Shown: piece after piece, positions 47,327-57,636 of the stretch
How the letters are laid out: the number at the start of each line of letters is the position of its first letter
Numbering within the stretch: the first letter of the stretch is position 1
Virus record (IMG/VR): IMGVR_UViG_3300044611_001018
Source of the DNA: a virus
Taxonomy: Duplodnaviria; Caudoviricetes
Strand: one strand, 5' to 3'
DNA length: 64,000 nucleotides
Made by a program: the position numbers and the translations under genes
Notes under the pieces: generated by a model
Databases searched by the model: none
What the model saw: only the letters and a program-made list of their open reading frames with translations
Told to the model about the DNA's origin: nothing

Positions 47327-49711
47327 TTATGCTATCCCTCTTATACCATAAGTCATTATATTTTTAGTACGAGTTGTACTATTGTAAGTTCCAGGGAAAG
47401 ATGTATCAAGGTCACGAGAACCAACCCCATGTTGTGCTTTAATTTGTTTTTTAGCTTTATTAATTGTTGTAGAAGTAATTTCAATTCTTCTTGTTGGTGG
47501 TGAAATATTTGATGCAACTTCAATGTTTTTATTTGGTAGAACTCTAGATTGTGGTCCAATAACTGGTTGTCCACGGAGATTTACATATCCATCTGGTTCA
47601 TATCCCATTTGTCTCATCATTATTTCTTGGCGTCTTGCGGCACCTTTTATAGTCTGAACATTTTTTCCAAAATTTTTAAACGCCCCACCAACAAATGAAC
47701 CAGATTGTATTGGTCTTGGTTTTGGAAAACTTACCTGAACTGGGTCATAAGGACTCCAATCTCGTATCATACCTGCTGCCGAAGGAGATTGATTATATCT
47801 CTGAACCTGTTGTGGTGAGAATTGCTTTCCAGGAATTTGTGGAAGTCTAACTCGATTAAGATTTAATCCAAGAAATTTATTCCGATATCCCATATCAGCG
47901 TATCTTGGTGCCATTACTCTACCAGTTCCAGGCAGTCCAAGATTTCCCAAAAAGTCCAAAGCATTGCCAATAAGACCACCACCAGATGCAAGTTGAATAT
48001 TATTAACCATTTTAGGAACGTTGGTTCCTCCGCCAGATTTGTTTAATCTTAAGAAAAAGTTTGCTCCATACTTATTAACTGCCTCTTTTGAAATAACAAT
48101 TTCTCCAGGTCTTGCTGCAATCAATTGTGTATCTTTTCCTGCTCCCGTTATCCTTTGTCCAGAATCTTCAGTTACTTGTGCTCCCCCAGCAAATGCATCT
48201 GCTTTTATCGGTTCTTCTTTTACTCTACGAGATAAAATTCTACCACCACCACTTGCGCCTTGAAGAGACCCAAATTGAGTTGTTGGTCCCAAATTACCCA
48301 CACTAGGGGTTTTATCACCCATAGTATCAGTTCCCTGAACTCCTAAACCTTCTCCTCTTTGTGCTCTTGCTTTATTATCTGCTTGAACAGATGCTGCTTG
48401 ACGTTGCCCAGTAACCTCATTTGCGGCAATTGCCAATCCAGTGACTGCTAAAGCACCAGCAACATATGGATTTTTCTTTAAAAAGTTCAACAGCATAGGA
48501 ATTCCCTTCCTTGCCATTGTAAATGTTAATTTGGTTAAAGTACCAATGACTGTTCTAATTAATTTACCAGCAGAAGTTCCAAATAGTAAAAATCCAGCAA
48601 GTAAAGCAGGCCACCAATCTTTTATAAATCGAAGAATTGTATCTACTTTATTTTTGTTTTCTGGATTTGCAAACCACCTAAACAATTTTAATACCAAATG
48701 TCCAACAAGAACCGTGGTTAAAAATTGAATAATTTTATCTAAAAGACTCTGCACTGGTGATAACATTTTTTTAGCAAGTGCTAAAGCTGCTTTTCCACCT
48801 TTTTCTAACAGATTTTCCTTATCTTGTCTCTTCTTCCCTTCCTTTAGTCTCCTATCTTTCTCTAACTCCTTTCTAATCATAGAAATTTGTTGAGACATTA
48901 AATCTGCAATAGACTCAACAGTTTTTCTAATCGCAGCAATATCATCAGCAATTGCTGCAAGACCAACTAATTTTTTATCACCTTCTTCTTTTTCTGGAAA
49001 TGCTACTTTTTGAGCAACAAAAAATGAACCTGTTCTAATTGCTAAAGGACCTCCACCAAATCCTCCAGTATTAACAGTTTTTCTTTTAATTCTAAATCTA
49101 CCAACTTTACCCTTTACTCGCTTCCACTCATTTGTTAACAACTCTGCTTCTTCTGTTGGTATATTATTACCCGTCATTCTAGCAGCAGCCATTCTCTCCC
49201 TTAATAAAGAGAGGTATGTTGCATAATCAATGTCGAAGACATTATCGATCCCTAATAATTTTAATACCCTTTCATCAATATCTTCATCAACAAGGTCTTC
49301 TTCATTAACACCTTCATATAATCTTTCTTTACCTGGGGGTTCTTGTTGTGAACCATTAGTTTTATCAGTAGGAACTAATGCACCAGTATCCTTTTCTTTT
49401 GGTAATTTTTTCTTAGTTCCTAGATTTTCTACATAATATTCCCACAAGTATAAAATATAACTATTAAACGACTCCCATTCTTTTGAATTTTGTGGTCTAG
49501 CATATTTTGGTGACGGATAATCTTTTGTAGATTTGTCCCAAGCACTTAAAAAGATATCTTTAACTCTATCTGCATTTACATTATATGTGTTTGCAATCAA
49601 AAATTTAGCAAAGTCCATTCTTTCTGCAAGAATGGATCTCCACAGTCCACGCTTTGCCTGAACAGAAGAATAAGATATAAACTTTTCTACATACTTGGGT
49701 TTATCCGCCAT
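47327..49711 (-). CDS. Large helical tail/hub (tape-measure-like) protein
   Basis: Coiled coils, amphipathic helices, DTQLIAARPGEIVI motif; lies between gp51 and the hydrolase-bearing protein. Confidence 0.55.
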   Translation of the reverse strand: MADKPKYVEKFISYSSVQAKRGLWRSILAERMDFAKFLIANTYNVNADRVKDIFLSAWDKSTKDYPSPKYARPQNSKEWESFNSYILYLWEYYVENLGTKKKLPKEKDTGALVPTDKTNGSQQEPPGKERLYEGVNEEDLVDEDIDERVLKLLGIDNVFDIDYATYLSLLRERMAAARMTGNNIPTEEAELLTNEWKRVKGKVGRFRIKRKTVNTGGFGGGPLAIRTGSFFVAQKVAFPEKEEGDKKLVGLAAIADDIAAIRKTVESIADLMSQQISMIRKELEKDRRLKEGKKRQDKENLLEKGGKAALALAKKMLSPVQSLLDKIIQFLTTVLVGHLVLKLFRWFANPENKNKVDTILRFIKDWWPALLAGFLLFGTSAGKLIRTVIGTLTKLTFTMARKGIPMLLNFLKKNPYVAGALAVTGLAIAANEVTGQRQAASVQADNKARAQRGEGLGVQGTDTMGDKTPSVGNLGPTTQFGSLQGASGGGRILSRRVKEEPIKADAFAGGAQVTEDSGQRITGAGKDTQLIAARPGEIVISKEAVNKYGANFFLRLNKSGGGTNVPKMVNNIQLASGGGLIGNALDFLGNLGLPGTGRVMAPRYADMGYRNKFLGLNLNRVRLPQIPGKQFSPQQVQRYNQSPSAAGMIRDWSPYDPVQVSFPKPRPIQSGSFVGGAFKNFGKNVQTIKGAARRQEIMMRQMGYEPDGYVNLRGQPVIGPQSRVLPNKNIEVASNISPPTRRIEITSTTINKAKKQIKAQHGVGSRDLDTSFPGTYNSTTRTKNIMTYGIRGIA

Positions 49712-49868
49712 TTTGTTGTTGCTTTAATTTCTCTTCTTCTAAGTGAGCCTTCAACAGAGCAACATAAACATCTCGCTCCCATGGCATTAGATTTTCAATT
49801 TCAGTTAATGAATATTTATGATACTGCATTAACGCAAAATTTAATTTATAATAATTCTCCAAGTCCAT
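49701..49868 (-). CDS. gp51: Baseplate hub assembly catalyst gp51 (55 aa, not in ORF track)
   Basis: MDLENYYKLNFALMQYHKYSLTEIENLMPWERDVYVALL. Confidence 0.88.
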   Translation of the reverse strand: MDLENYYKLNFALMQYHKYSLTEIENLMPWERDVYVALLKAHLEEEKLKQQQNGG

Positions 49869-49879
49869 GTGAGAGAGGG

Positions 49880-50599
49880 CTATGCGAAAAAACTTGATAG
49901 TCCCTCCAGAACTACAGTACTTTCAACTCCAGTTTTAGGATTCTTAACTGCAATTTCATGAGATAATTTTGGCATAGTCTCAAAGAACTTTTCAATTTGT
50001 TTAAATTGAGATGAATTCATTTGATCTAAAAACTCAACAACTTCTTTTTTAGTTAAATCTGAAGTTGCCCAGGATTCCTCTTCGGTATAAATTTGATCAA
50101 TACAAGTAGCAATAAGGTCAAAAGATTGTTCAACTGTACCACCAGAGGCAAAATCAAAATTATTTTTAATAAATTGGTCTAATGATGGATACTTCATTTC
50201 CATCATAATACTATCATCAACTTTAATTTGTTTATTATGTTCTTCGTTCTTTTTAACACTAATATCATCAATATTAATTTTAACTGGCACTAATGTTTCT
50301 TCATCATCTGGACAAATCACATTAACTTCTAAATCTTCACCTACAGACTTTCCTCTAATATTAAGAAATAAATATTCAATATCAAATGTAGGCAATTCTT
50401 CTACTTTAATGCTTTTTGTTAAAACACAGTTTTTAATTACGGTTTTGATTGCCGTAGTAATTTGCTTAGTATCTTCACTTTCTAAAGCAAGAACAAGAAG
50501 TTTTTCCTCTCTTACCAAAAAAGGTCTATATTGAATTGTTTTACCAGTTGATGGCAATTCAAGTTCATAAGTTGGTGTAGATATCTTAGGTAAAGGCAT
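49880..50599 (-). CDS. gp26: Baseplate hub subunit gp26
   Basis: MPLPKI...YRPFLVREEKLL...FDIEYLFLNIRGKSVGE...FFETMPKL...LEGLSSFF. Confidence 0.93.
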   Translation of the reverse strand: MPLPKISTPTYELELPSTGKTIQYRPFLVREEKLLVLALESEDTKQITTAIKTVIKNCVLTKSIKVEELPTFDIEYLFLNIRGKSVGEDLEVNVICPDDEETLVPVKINIDDISVKKNEEHNKQIKVDDSIMMEMKYPSLDQFIKNNFDFASGGTVEQSFDLIATCIDQIYTEEESWATSDLTKKEVVEFLDQMNSSQFKQIEKFFETMPKLSHEIAVKNPKTGVESTVVLEGLSSFFA

Positions 50600-50633
50600 G
50601 ATATTCTGATATAAGTTTCAGTATGTTTATTTA

Positions 50634-51533
50634 TCAGGCATTTCCGCCCCCAGTTGTTGTTCTATTATTAGTAGTTCCCCAATTTGAACCAAATCCCCTT
50701 AAATTAAATGGTTGCGTTCTAGAGTCATTACTAATATTTCTTTGCAATTCTTGCGATCTTAACTCTGAAGTAACATTATTTTGGGGATTTAATGTGCCAA
50801 GAGCACCAGCAGAAGGAACTTCTGGGTTACCTGGAGAGTTTTGATTGCGTTCTTGATTAGCAGATGTTGCTGTTAGTTGCCTATCCACATAATAACGACT
50901 GTAAGTAAAAGATACTGTTACTTTTAATAGATCAGACGCATCATAGGATACTGGAATGGAATTTATTGATTTAGGATAAGCATCAACAAAGTTGTAAATC
51001 AAAAGAGGTACACCTCCTACAGAAAATCTACTACCTAAATTTTTCTCAAATTTAACCACTTGAAGTGTACCTTTATATTCAGAAGGATACCTTGCTCTAG
51101 CATAAAAGGTACTTTGATTCAATCTAGAACTATCCTCTCTAACAATATATCTAAGCCATGCATCAAAGAATCTAATTTGCTGATAATTACTATCCTGAGT
51201 TACTAAAAAAGTAAAGTCTATTGTATCATCATACAATCTTCTATAGGCATGTTTTTCAGTAACTCCCATATAGTCAAGAGTTTCTATTGTAGCAAGACTA
51301 GACCCTGGAAGATTTGCTTCTGTGCATGTCAGTTCCATCAATGACAAATCGTAAATAATTCCAAATTCAGATCTTATATAATTTGCTAAAGTTGGTTCTC
51401 CGTCATTATTTCCTTGAGAAGACCCTTGAGGGGGATATATCATAACTGAATAATGAGAAGTTAAAGCAGGATTAAGAATCCTACTCTTCAAAGTATTCAT
51501 CGTAACTCCAGAAGATATTGGAGGCGTTGCCAT
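50634..51533 (-). CDS. gp54: Tail tube initiator gp54-like (gp19-fold)
   Basis: ANLPGSSLAT, AYRRLYDD, FFDAW, AYPKSINSIPVSY, VTVSFTYSRY. Confidence 0.75.
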   Translation of the reverse strand: MATPPISSGVTMNTLKSRILNPALTSHYSVMIYPPQGSSQGNNDGEPTLANYIRSEFGIIYDLSLMELTCTEANLPGSSLATIETLDYMGVTEKHAYRRLYDDTIDFTFLVTQDSNYQQIRFFDAWLRYIVREDSSRLNQSTFYARARYPSEYKGTLQVVKFEKNLGSRFSVGGVPLLIYNFVDAYPKSINSIPVSYDASDLLKVTVSFTYSRYYVDRQLTATSANQERNQNSPGNPEVPSAGALGTLNPQNNVTSELRSQELQRNISNDSRTQPFNLRGFGSNWGTTNNRTTTGGGNA

Positions 51534-51574
51534 CTAAATAAAGTTAACTGTTTATATTATATGTAGTACACTTA

Positions 51575-52018
51575 ATGAACGAAAGTATAAAGAGCAAGTA
51601 CAAACCATCCTATCCCCAAAAATATAAAGGAAATCCCAACAATATTATTTGCAGAAGCAGTTGGGAACGAAAATTTTGTGCTTGGTGTGATTTGAATGAA
51701 AATATAATTGAATGGGCAAGCGAAGAATTTTATATCCCTTACATATCACCATTAGATAAAAAAATTCATCGATACTTTCCAGATTTTATTATAAAAGTAA
51801 AAGAATCGACAGGACATATTAAAACTTACGTAGTTGAAGTGAAACCAAAGAGACAGACAGTTCCACCAACAAGAAAGTCAAGGGTTACAAAATCTTTTAT
51901 TTACGAAGCAAAAACATATGAAGTAAATAAAGCAAAATGGAGAGCTGCAGAAGAATGGTGTAAAGACCGAAGATTAGAGTTTAAAATTATTACAGAAGAC
52001 GAACTAGGAATCAAGTAA
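51575..52018 (+). CDS. gp4: Head completion nuclease gp4
   Basis: PQKYKG, RSSWERKFC, RYFPDF, VEVKP, NKAKWRAA, FKIITE. Confidence 0.93.
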   Translation: MNESIKSKYKPSYPQKYKGNPNNIICRSSWERKFCAWCDLNENIIEWASEEFYIPYISPLDKKIHRYFPDFIIKVKESTGHIKTYVVEVKPKRQTVPPTRKSRVTKSFIYEAKTYEVNKAKWRAAEEWCKDRRLEFKIITEDELGIK

Positions 52019-52665
52019 TGTCTAAAAAAACTCTTTTTGAGGAACTAAAAGAAGAAGTAGAAGTAGAAGAAGGTAGATCACCTTTCTTTTATAGAAGAGC
52101 ATTTCGCAGATTAACAAGACAATATTTGAATAATCCCAAAAAATTTATTCTAGATGAGAGAAGAGATTCTGCTCAGGAAGACCCTGAAGATCAAGACGAA
52201 AATTTATTAAGAAGAGTTCCTCGTCAAGGTCACATTTATATGTTTGAATATAACCCACCATTTAAAAAAGATGTTAAGGTATTTGATCCATTTCCTTTAG
52301 TATATGTAATATCTTTTGATGGAAAATCTTTTATGGGATGTAATTTACATTACATTCACCCAATCAAAAGAAAGATGGTTCTTGACAATCTAAAAGATGG
52401 AAAATTAACATTACCTTATAGTTCAATATCTAAATATATAATAAGTCAAATTGATGGACTACTTTTAGATATTGCATTTAATGAGTGGACTGTCGCCGCC
52501 AACTTACCTATAGAAGGATTTGTTTCTATTACAAAAGGTGAGCAAAAAGATTTAATGTTAGAAGATATTTGGAAACAAACTAACAAATCTTTTAGGAATA
52601 TGTTGCGGGGATCAAGAATATATAAAAGTTATGGTCAAAACGATCAGGATTTTAAAGGAAAGTAA
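52018..52665 (+). CDS. gp2: DNA end protector gp2-like
   Basis: GHIYMFEY...FDPFPLV...GCNLHY. Confidence 0.75.
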   Translation: MSKKTLFEELKEEVEVEEGRSPFFYRRAFRRLTRQYLNNPKKFILDERRDSAQEDPEDQDENLLRRVPRQGHIYMFEYNPPFKKDVKVFDPFPLVYVISFDGKSFMGCNLHYIHPIKRKMVLDNLKDGKLTLPYSSISKYIISQIDGLLLDIAFNEWTVAANLPIEGFVSITKGEQKDLMLEDIWKQTNKSFRNMLRGSRIYKSYGQNDQDFKGK

Positions 52666-52667
52666 AA

Positions 52668-54197
52668 ATGTCTAGAGCTACAAGACAACCAGGTTCAGTC
52701 ATATCGAATACTAATCCAGCTCTAGCTAATTCTGACGTTATAATTGGCGGAACTCAAAGATTACAATATCAAGGTCAACTAGACACAAATCAAAATTATA
52801 GAGTAGTTTATGTTCCATCAACCAGAGAAACAATAGTCGTATTGCAGACATTCAATCCTCTTGGTGCTGCAAACACACTAGATGCTAATCAAAGAATAGC
52901 TACTTTAGGTCCAAATAATAGATGGATTCCTTCAGAATATGCAAACACTTTAGGTGGACAACCTTTAGTAGATGCAATAAACCGTAATGGCACAACTGCA
53001 AATAATTTTACACAGTCGGCAAGAATTGCCATAAATCAAGACTCTGTAGATAGAACTGGAAGACAATTAACTTCCCAACAAATGTCTACAGCTCAAACTT
53101 CTGCTAATTCCAAATCACCATCATTAACAACCAATTCAAATGTTTTAGGTTCCTCTGCAACAGGTGCTCAACAGCAGCAACAACCACCACAGCAAGGTAA
53201 TTCAACTCAACCAGATGGAACAGTACCTCCAGGTGGAACTCCACCAGACCCTCAACAACAAACAACAGATGCTCGTGGGTCTGGTAGTGTAGTTGGAAAC
53301 AGATCTGCTGCAGCAGATGCGGTGTCTACCGTAGTGAGCATAGATTCTTTAACTGGTTCTGGGCAAGCAGCAACAGGAGGAGCAGGTGCAATAGAGTATC
53401 CATTAGCTTTTCCACCTAATATGGATTATATTAAATTTACTGAAAAAAATTACGGGAAGAAAACATTTAGTTCAGAAAATCTATCTTTTAATTCAAGAGC
53501 AAATACTGCAACTGGTAATAGTGTTAAATTACCAATACAAACTGGAATTAGTGATGCCAATACTGTTGGATGGAATGAAGAAACATTTAATCCTGCTCAG
53601 ATAGCTGGTTCTCAATTAGCAATTGGTGGAATACGTGATGGTATGGATGGATTTGTTGGTCAGATTGGAAATGTTGTTGATAAAATGAAAAGTGCAAATA
53701 CAGATATTGAAAAAGCAATCATTGCATACTTTACCGAACAAGCAGTAGGTGTTCAAATTTTACCTAAGATTGGTGGTGCAATTTTTAACCCAAATACAGA
53801 ATTATTATTCCAAGGACCTCAATTAAGATCATTTAATTTCTCATTTAGATTTACTCCAAGGTCAAAAGACGAGAGTATAAGAGTGAAGCAAATATTAAGA
53901 TTTTTTAAATCAAGTATGGCAGCACAAACCTCAGAAAAAGAATTATTCTTAAAAGCACCAAGAGTTTTTGGGATAGAGTTTTATCATGGAGGAAGTGGAA
54001 AACAACATTCTGGTATAGGTAAGATAAAAGATTGTGCATTACAGGCATGTAATGTTGATTACACACCAGATGGAAGTTACATGTCTTTTAAAGACGGTGG
54101 TATGGTTTCTTATACTGTGAATTTACAATTCATGGAGCTAGAACCAATTTATGCTAAAGACTATAACGAATCAGACAACCACCCAATAGGATATTGA
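52668..54197 (+). CDS. gp48: Baseplate tail-tube cap gp48
   Basis: NPNTELLFQGPQLRSFNFSF...FFKSSM...CNVDYTPDG...LQFMELEPI; long low-complexity N-half. Confidence 0.85.
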   Translation: MSRATRQPGSVISNTNPALANSDVIIGGTQRLQYQGQLDTNQNYRVVYVPSTRETIVVLQTFNPLGAANTLDANQRIATLGPNNRWIPSEYANTLGGQPLVDAINRNGTTANNFTQSARIAINQDSVDRTGRQLTSQQMSTAQTSANSKSPSLTTNSNVLGSSATGAQQQQQPPQQGNSTQPDGTVPPGGTPPDPQQQTTDARGSGSVVGNRSAAADAVSTVVSIDSLTGSGQAATGGAGAIEYPLAFPPNMDYIKFTEKNYGKKTFSSENLSFNSRANTATGNSVKLPIQTGISDANTVGWNEETFNPAQIAGSQLAIGGIRDGMDGFVGQIGNVVDKMKSANTDIEKAIIAYFTEQAVGVQILPKIGGAIFNPNTELLFQGPQLRSFNFSFRFTPRSKDESIRVKQILRFFKSSMAAQTSEKELFLKAPRVFGIEFYHGGSGKQHSGIGKIKDCALQACNVDYTPDGSYMSFKDGGMVSYTVNLQFMELEPIYAKDYNESDNHPIGY

Positions 54198-54201
54198 TAA
54201 G

Positions 54202-56583
54202 ATGACGCAAGAATATTTTAAAAAAGTACCTAATTTTGAATACATTTCTAGAGGATTAAATAAAAATTCTCTATCAGATTATACTACTGTCAAGAATTTG
54301 TTCAAAAGAGCAAAAATAAGAGATGATATTTTTAAAAATGTCTCCTACTTTCAAAAGTATACTATAATTGGAGAAGAGAGACCCGATCAAGTAGCTGATA
54401 AATTTTACAATGACCCCACATTAGATTGGTTAGTTTTATTGGCGAATAACGTCAATAATGTTTATGATGAGTGGCCAAAGACACAATATGCATTCAATGA
54501 CTATGTTCTACAAAAATACGGAAGTTACGAAAATTTATATTCTGGAATTCATCATTATGAAACTTCTGAGGTTAGGACAAGAGAAGGGTACATAATTGTA
54601 GAAGGTGGAAAAGAAGTCAATGAAGGATTTTTCAAAGCACCAGAATATGAAATAGAGCTAGACCCTAACGTTCAATTACCATCGGTTATTCCTGGTATTT
54701 TTGCAGCAGGATCAGCATCGGTTGATGCAGTCTCAGGAACAGTTACTCAACTAGCGATTACAAATCCTGGGGCAGGATATACTGGAATTGGATCTGTAAC
54801 AATTACTCCACCACCAAATCCAAGAAAAGGTACAATATCTGTAGAACTTAATAATCCACCAGATGATAGAGAAGTTGGTTTAATTACAATTATTGATAAT
54901 GGAACTGGTTATACGTTCCAACCACAAATTACATTTAGTCCTCCACCACCTACAATTACAGCAACATTAACACCTGTTATTGGTGCTGGAGGAACTATAA
55001 GATCTATAACGATTAGTAATCCTGGAGATGGATATACTTTTACACCAATAGTTACAATAGATCCACCTCCAGATGTTATCAGTAGTGCATTGTTTATTAC
55101 CGATTCAAACTTTACAGTAGAAGATGGATTTGAAGGATTCTTTATGGATGCTCTAGGTGTAAGAATATACACATGTCACGGAGCAAATACTTATACTAGT
55201 GGAGTTATTGAGCATTATGAATTATCATCACCTTACAATATAGCAAGTGGGACTAAGATTGCAACTCGAACTCTAAATTTTGGTGGAGTATCCTTCATAT
55301 ATCTAACTGGTATTGAATTTAAACCAGATGGATCGAGAATGTATGTCTCTGGTTTAACTGGATCTGGTTTTAAAATTGCACAATATGATTTATCAACAGA
55401 TTGGGATATAAGCACAGCAACTGTAGCTGGTGCGATTAGTATGCCCACATCATCAGGAATTAGAATGCAGGATGATGGGTTTTACTTGTATATTATTGAA
55501 ACTCAAGATCCAGATACAATCAAAAAATACGAATTACTTGTAGACTGGAATATTACAACATTAAAACCATTACCAACACAACAAGTTAACATACAATCAT
55601 TAACTGGAGAAACTTCTGTACGTGGTTTTGCGTTTAAAGACGATGGAACAAAATTATATGTCTCTGGAACAGATACAAAACAAATGCACGTATTAGAATT
55701 AGGTGCAAATTGGGATTTAGATAGTTTTACACTACTAGGTTCTCGTAATATTCAAACGGATAGTGGTGACACAATTCCTATGGATGCGTATGCTAATCCA
55801 ACAGAGACACTATTCATCGTTGGTGGTTCTAGTAATAGAAAATTATACCGTTATAGTACAGACATTACTGCAACAGCAACTGCAACTGTGGGTGTTGGAA
55901 CTACAACAACAGAAAAAATTGTCAATATCACGGTTACAAAAGCTGGAGCAGGATACACTACAAGTAATCCACCGAACATTTTTATTCAATCACCAATTCC
56001 ACACAGAACAGCAACTGGTTATGTTTTAATTAAAAATGGTGGTGTTGATGAAGTCATTATGGTAGACCGTGGTTATAACTACAGAACCCCTCCAACTGCT
56101 GTAATTGAAAATCCATTGCCACCAATTACAGCAAAAGCAGTTGTAAAAACAGAATCTGGTGAGGTTAAAGAAATAACATTAACAAATCCAGGAAGAGGAT
56201 ACAATTCTCCTCCAGATTTAATTTTTAGTAAACCTGGGAATCTATATGAACCTCAAGTTAATGAAATTTTTGAAAGAAGTGGACAAGAATGGAAGTATGA
56301 TGGATTCAACTGGAGAAAGAGACTTACTTATGGAACTGTTTATTTCGACACCAGAGCAGGAGAACTATTAGAGATAGTTGGTAAAGAATCTTGTGTTCCT
56401 GTAACAAATTATCAGTATGAAGAAAACCTCGAAAACAAAAAAAGAAATATTTACATTCTAAAACCAGAATTTTTAAGTATAGTTTTAGATGATATTGAAG
56501 GTATTATGGAATATAAAGAAGGTTCTGAACAGTATGTGTCCAGAACCATTAAGAGAGGAGATAATCCTCGTTTATATGAATAA
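54202..56583 (+). CDS. gp53: Baseplate wedge gp53 with ~570-aa internal insertion
   Basis: LFKRAK, ERPDQVA...LDWLVLLAN (LysM-like), HHYET; C-terminal VTNYQYE...KRNIYILKP. Confidence 0.82.
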   Translation: MTQEYFKKVPNFEYISRGLNKNSLSDYTTVKNLFKRAKIRDDIFKNVSYFQKYTIIGEERPDQVADKFYNDPTLDWLVLLANNVNNVYDEWPKTQYAFNDYVLQKYGSYENLYSGIHHYETSEVRTREGYIIVEGGKEVNEGFFKAPEYEIELDPNVQLPSVIPGIFAAGSASVDAVSGTVTQLAITNPGAGYTGIGSVTITPPPNPRKGTISVELNNPPDDREVGLITIIDNGTGYTFQPQITFSPPPPTITATLTPVIGAGGTIRSITISNPGDGYTFTPIVTIDPPPDVISSALFITDSNFTVEDGFEGFFMDALGVRIYTCHGANTYTSGVIEHYELSSPYNIASGTKIATRTLNFGGVSFIYLTGIEFKPDGSRMYVSGLTGSGFKIAQYDLSTDWDISTATVAGAISMPTSSGIRMQDDGFYLYIIETQDPDTIKKYELLVDWNITTLKPLPTQQVNIQSLTGETSVRGFAFKDDGTKLYVSGTDTKQMHVLELGANWDLDSFTLLGSRNIQTDSGDTIPMDAYANPTETLFIVGGSSNRKLYRYSTDITATATATVGVGTTTTEKIVNITVTKAGAGYTTSNPPNIFIQSPIPHRTATGYVLIKNGGVDEVIMVDRGYNYRTPPTAVIENPLPPITAKAVVKTESGEVKEITLTNPGRGYNSPPDLIFSKPGNLYEPQVNEIFERSGQEWKYDGFNWRKRLTYGTVYFDTRAGELLEIVGKESCVPVTNYQYEENLENKKRNIYILKPEFLSIVLDDIEGIMEYKEGSEQYVSRTIKRGDNPRLYE

Positions 56584-56591
56584 CTACTTAA

Positions 56592-57539
56592 TCAACTTTC
56601 AGCAAGGCGCTGGAAGTAACTAAGGGCGTCATCATCCTCATCATTAGAAGAAGATGAAGAAGTCAACGATTCAAGTTGAGAACTCAACTCTTCTGGAAGT
56701 TGACTCTCTTGAGTTTGACGTGAACCGAAGTCTGGTTTGAAGGAACCACGAGTGGTATCTTCCTCTTCATATTCATCAGAATCTTGATACTTAGGAGTTC
56801 CCTTCTTACCAAGAACATAGTCAAGACGTTTTTGAAGTTCTTCAAAAGTTTTAAACTCAGAAGGAGAAACCAAAGTTTGTAGAGAATATTCTTTCTTCCA
56901 TACACCCTCTAGAGCATCATCGTCTTCAAGAAGAGGTGCTTGACGATCAAACTCGGACTTATCATAGTTCCAATAACCATCAACCTTACGAATCTTCAGT
57001 TTGAAGTTCGCACCCTGCCAGAAGTCAAAGGGATTGATGGGTTCTTCATCTTCAAACTCAGGTTGCATTGCTGCCATTACCTTATCAAAGATTTTAGCAC
57101 CATATTTGAAGAGGAATACTTTACCCTCATTCGCAGGATTTGTGGGGTCCTTTACAATATAGATGTTAGAATAATAAGACAGTTTACGCTTCTGCTTACG
57201 GACAGTTTCCTTATCCTTTTCGTTACCGCTATTCCAAAGTCCACGATTATATTCGGACACTGGATCCTTTTGTCCAATAGTAGTCAGGGAGTTTTCAATA
57301 TACCAACCACCAGGACCTTGGAATCCGTGGGAGTACATTTTTACCCAAGGAAGGTCTTCTCCTTCAGGAGCAGGGAGAAAACGAATAACTGCATAACCAT
57401 TACCAGTTTTGTCCATTTCTGGTTTCCAAAGGCGCTCATCTGCACCATTAGAACTTGTGTTCATCTTCTCAACTTCTTTTACCAACTTTTGAGTAAGAGA
57501 ACCAAGCGAAGATTGCTTTTTAAGATCTGCGAAAGACAT
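56592..57539 (-). CDS. gp32: Single-stranded DNA-binding protein gp32
   Basis: GNGYAVIRFLP, HGFQGPGGWYIENSLTT, FDFWQGANFKLK, NYDKSEF, acidic tail; start MSFADLKK. Confidence 0.96.
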   Translation of the reverse strand: MSFADLKKQSSLGSLTQKLVKEVEKMNTSSNGADERLWKPEMDKTGNGYAVIRFLPAPEGEDLPWVKMYSHGFQGPGGWYIENSLTTIGQKDPVSEYNRGLWNSGNEKDKETVRKQKRKLSYYSNIYIVKDPTNPANEGKVFLFKYGAKIFDKVMAAMQPEFEDEEPINPFDFWQGANFKLKIRKVDGYWNYDKSEFDRQAPLLEDDDALEGVWKKEYSLQTLVSPSEFKTFEELQKRLDYVLGKKGTPKYQDSDEYEEEDTTRGSFKPDFGSRQTQESQLPEELSSQLESLTSSSSSNDEDDDALSYFQRLAES

Positions 57540-57607
57540 TAGATTACCTCGTATTTTTGAGATTCGGCTTGTGTGTGTCCTTTGGGGACTTGCGGTGGAC
57601 ACTTACC

Positions 57608-57636
57608 AGTATAGTGCAAGTCCCCTAGTGCGTCAA
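57608..57636 (-). promoter_or_regulatory. Sigma70-type promoter of gp32
   Basis: TTGACG-N17-TATACT. Confidence 0.75.

Noticed and set aside
54652-56385. gp53 insertion as an intein or intron-encoded endonuclease
   Set aside because: No Hint-type splice motifs or LAGLIDADG/HNH signature; it consists of structural repeats also seen in gp5 and the fibre protein.
56940-57542. Long antisense ORFs (also 25583..26071, 26384..26854, 40832..41281, 12753..13169, 1123..1464 and others)
   Set aside because: They shadow well-supported genes on the opposite strand, have atypical composition and contain no motifs.
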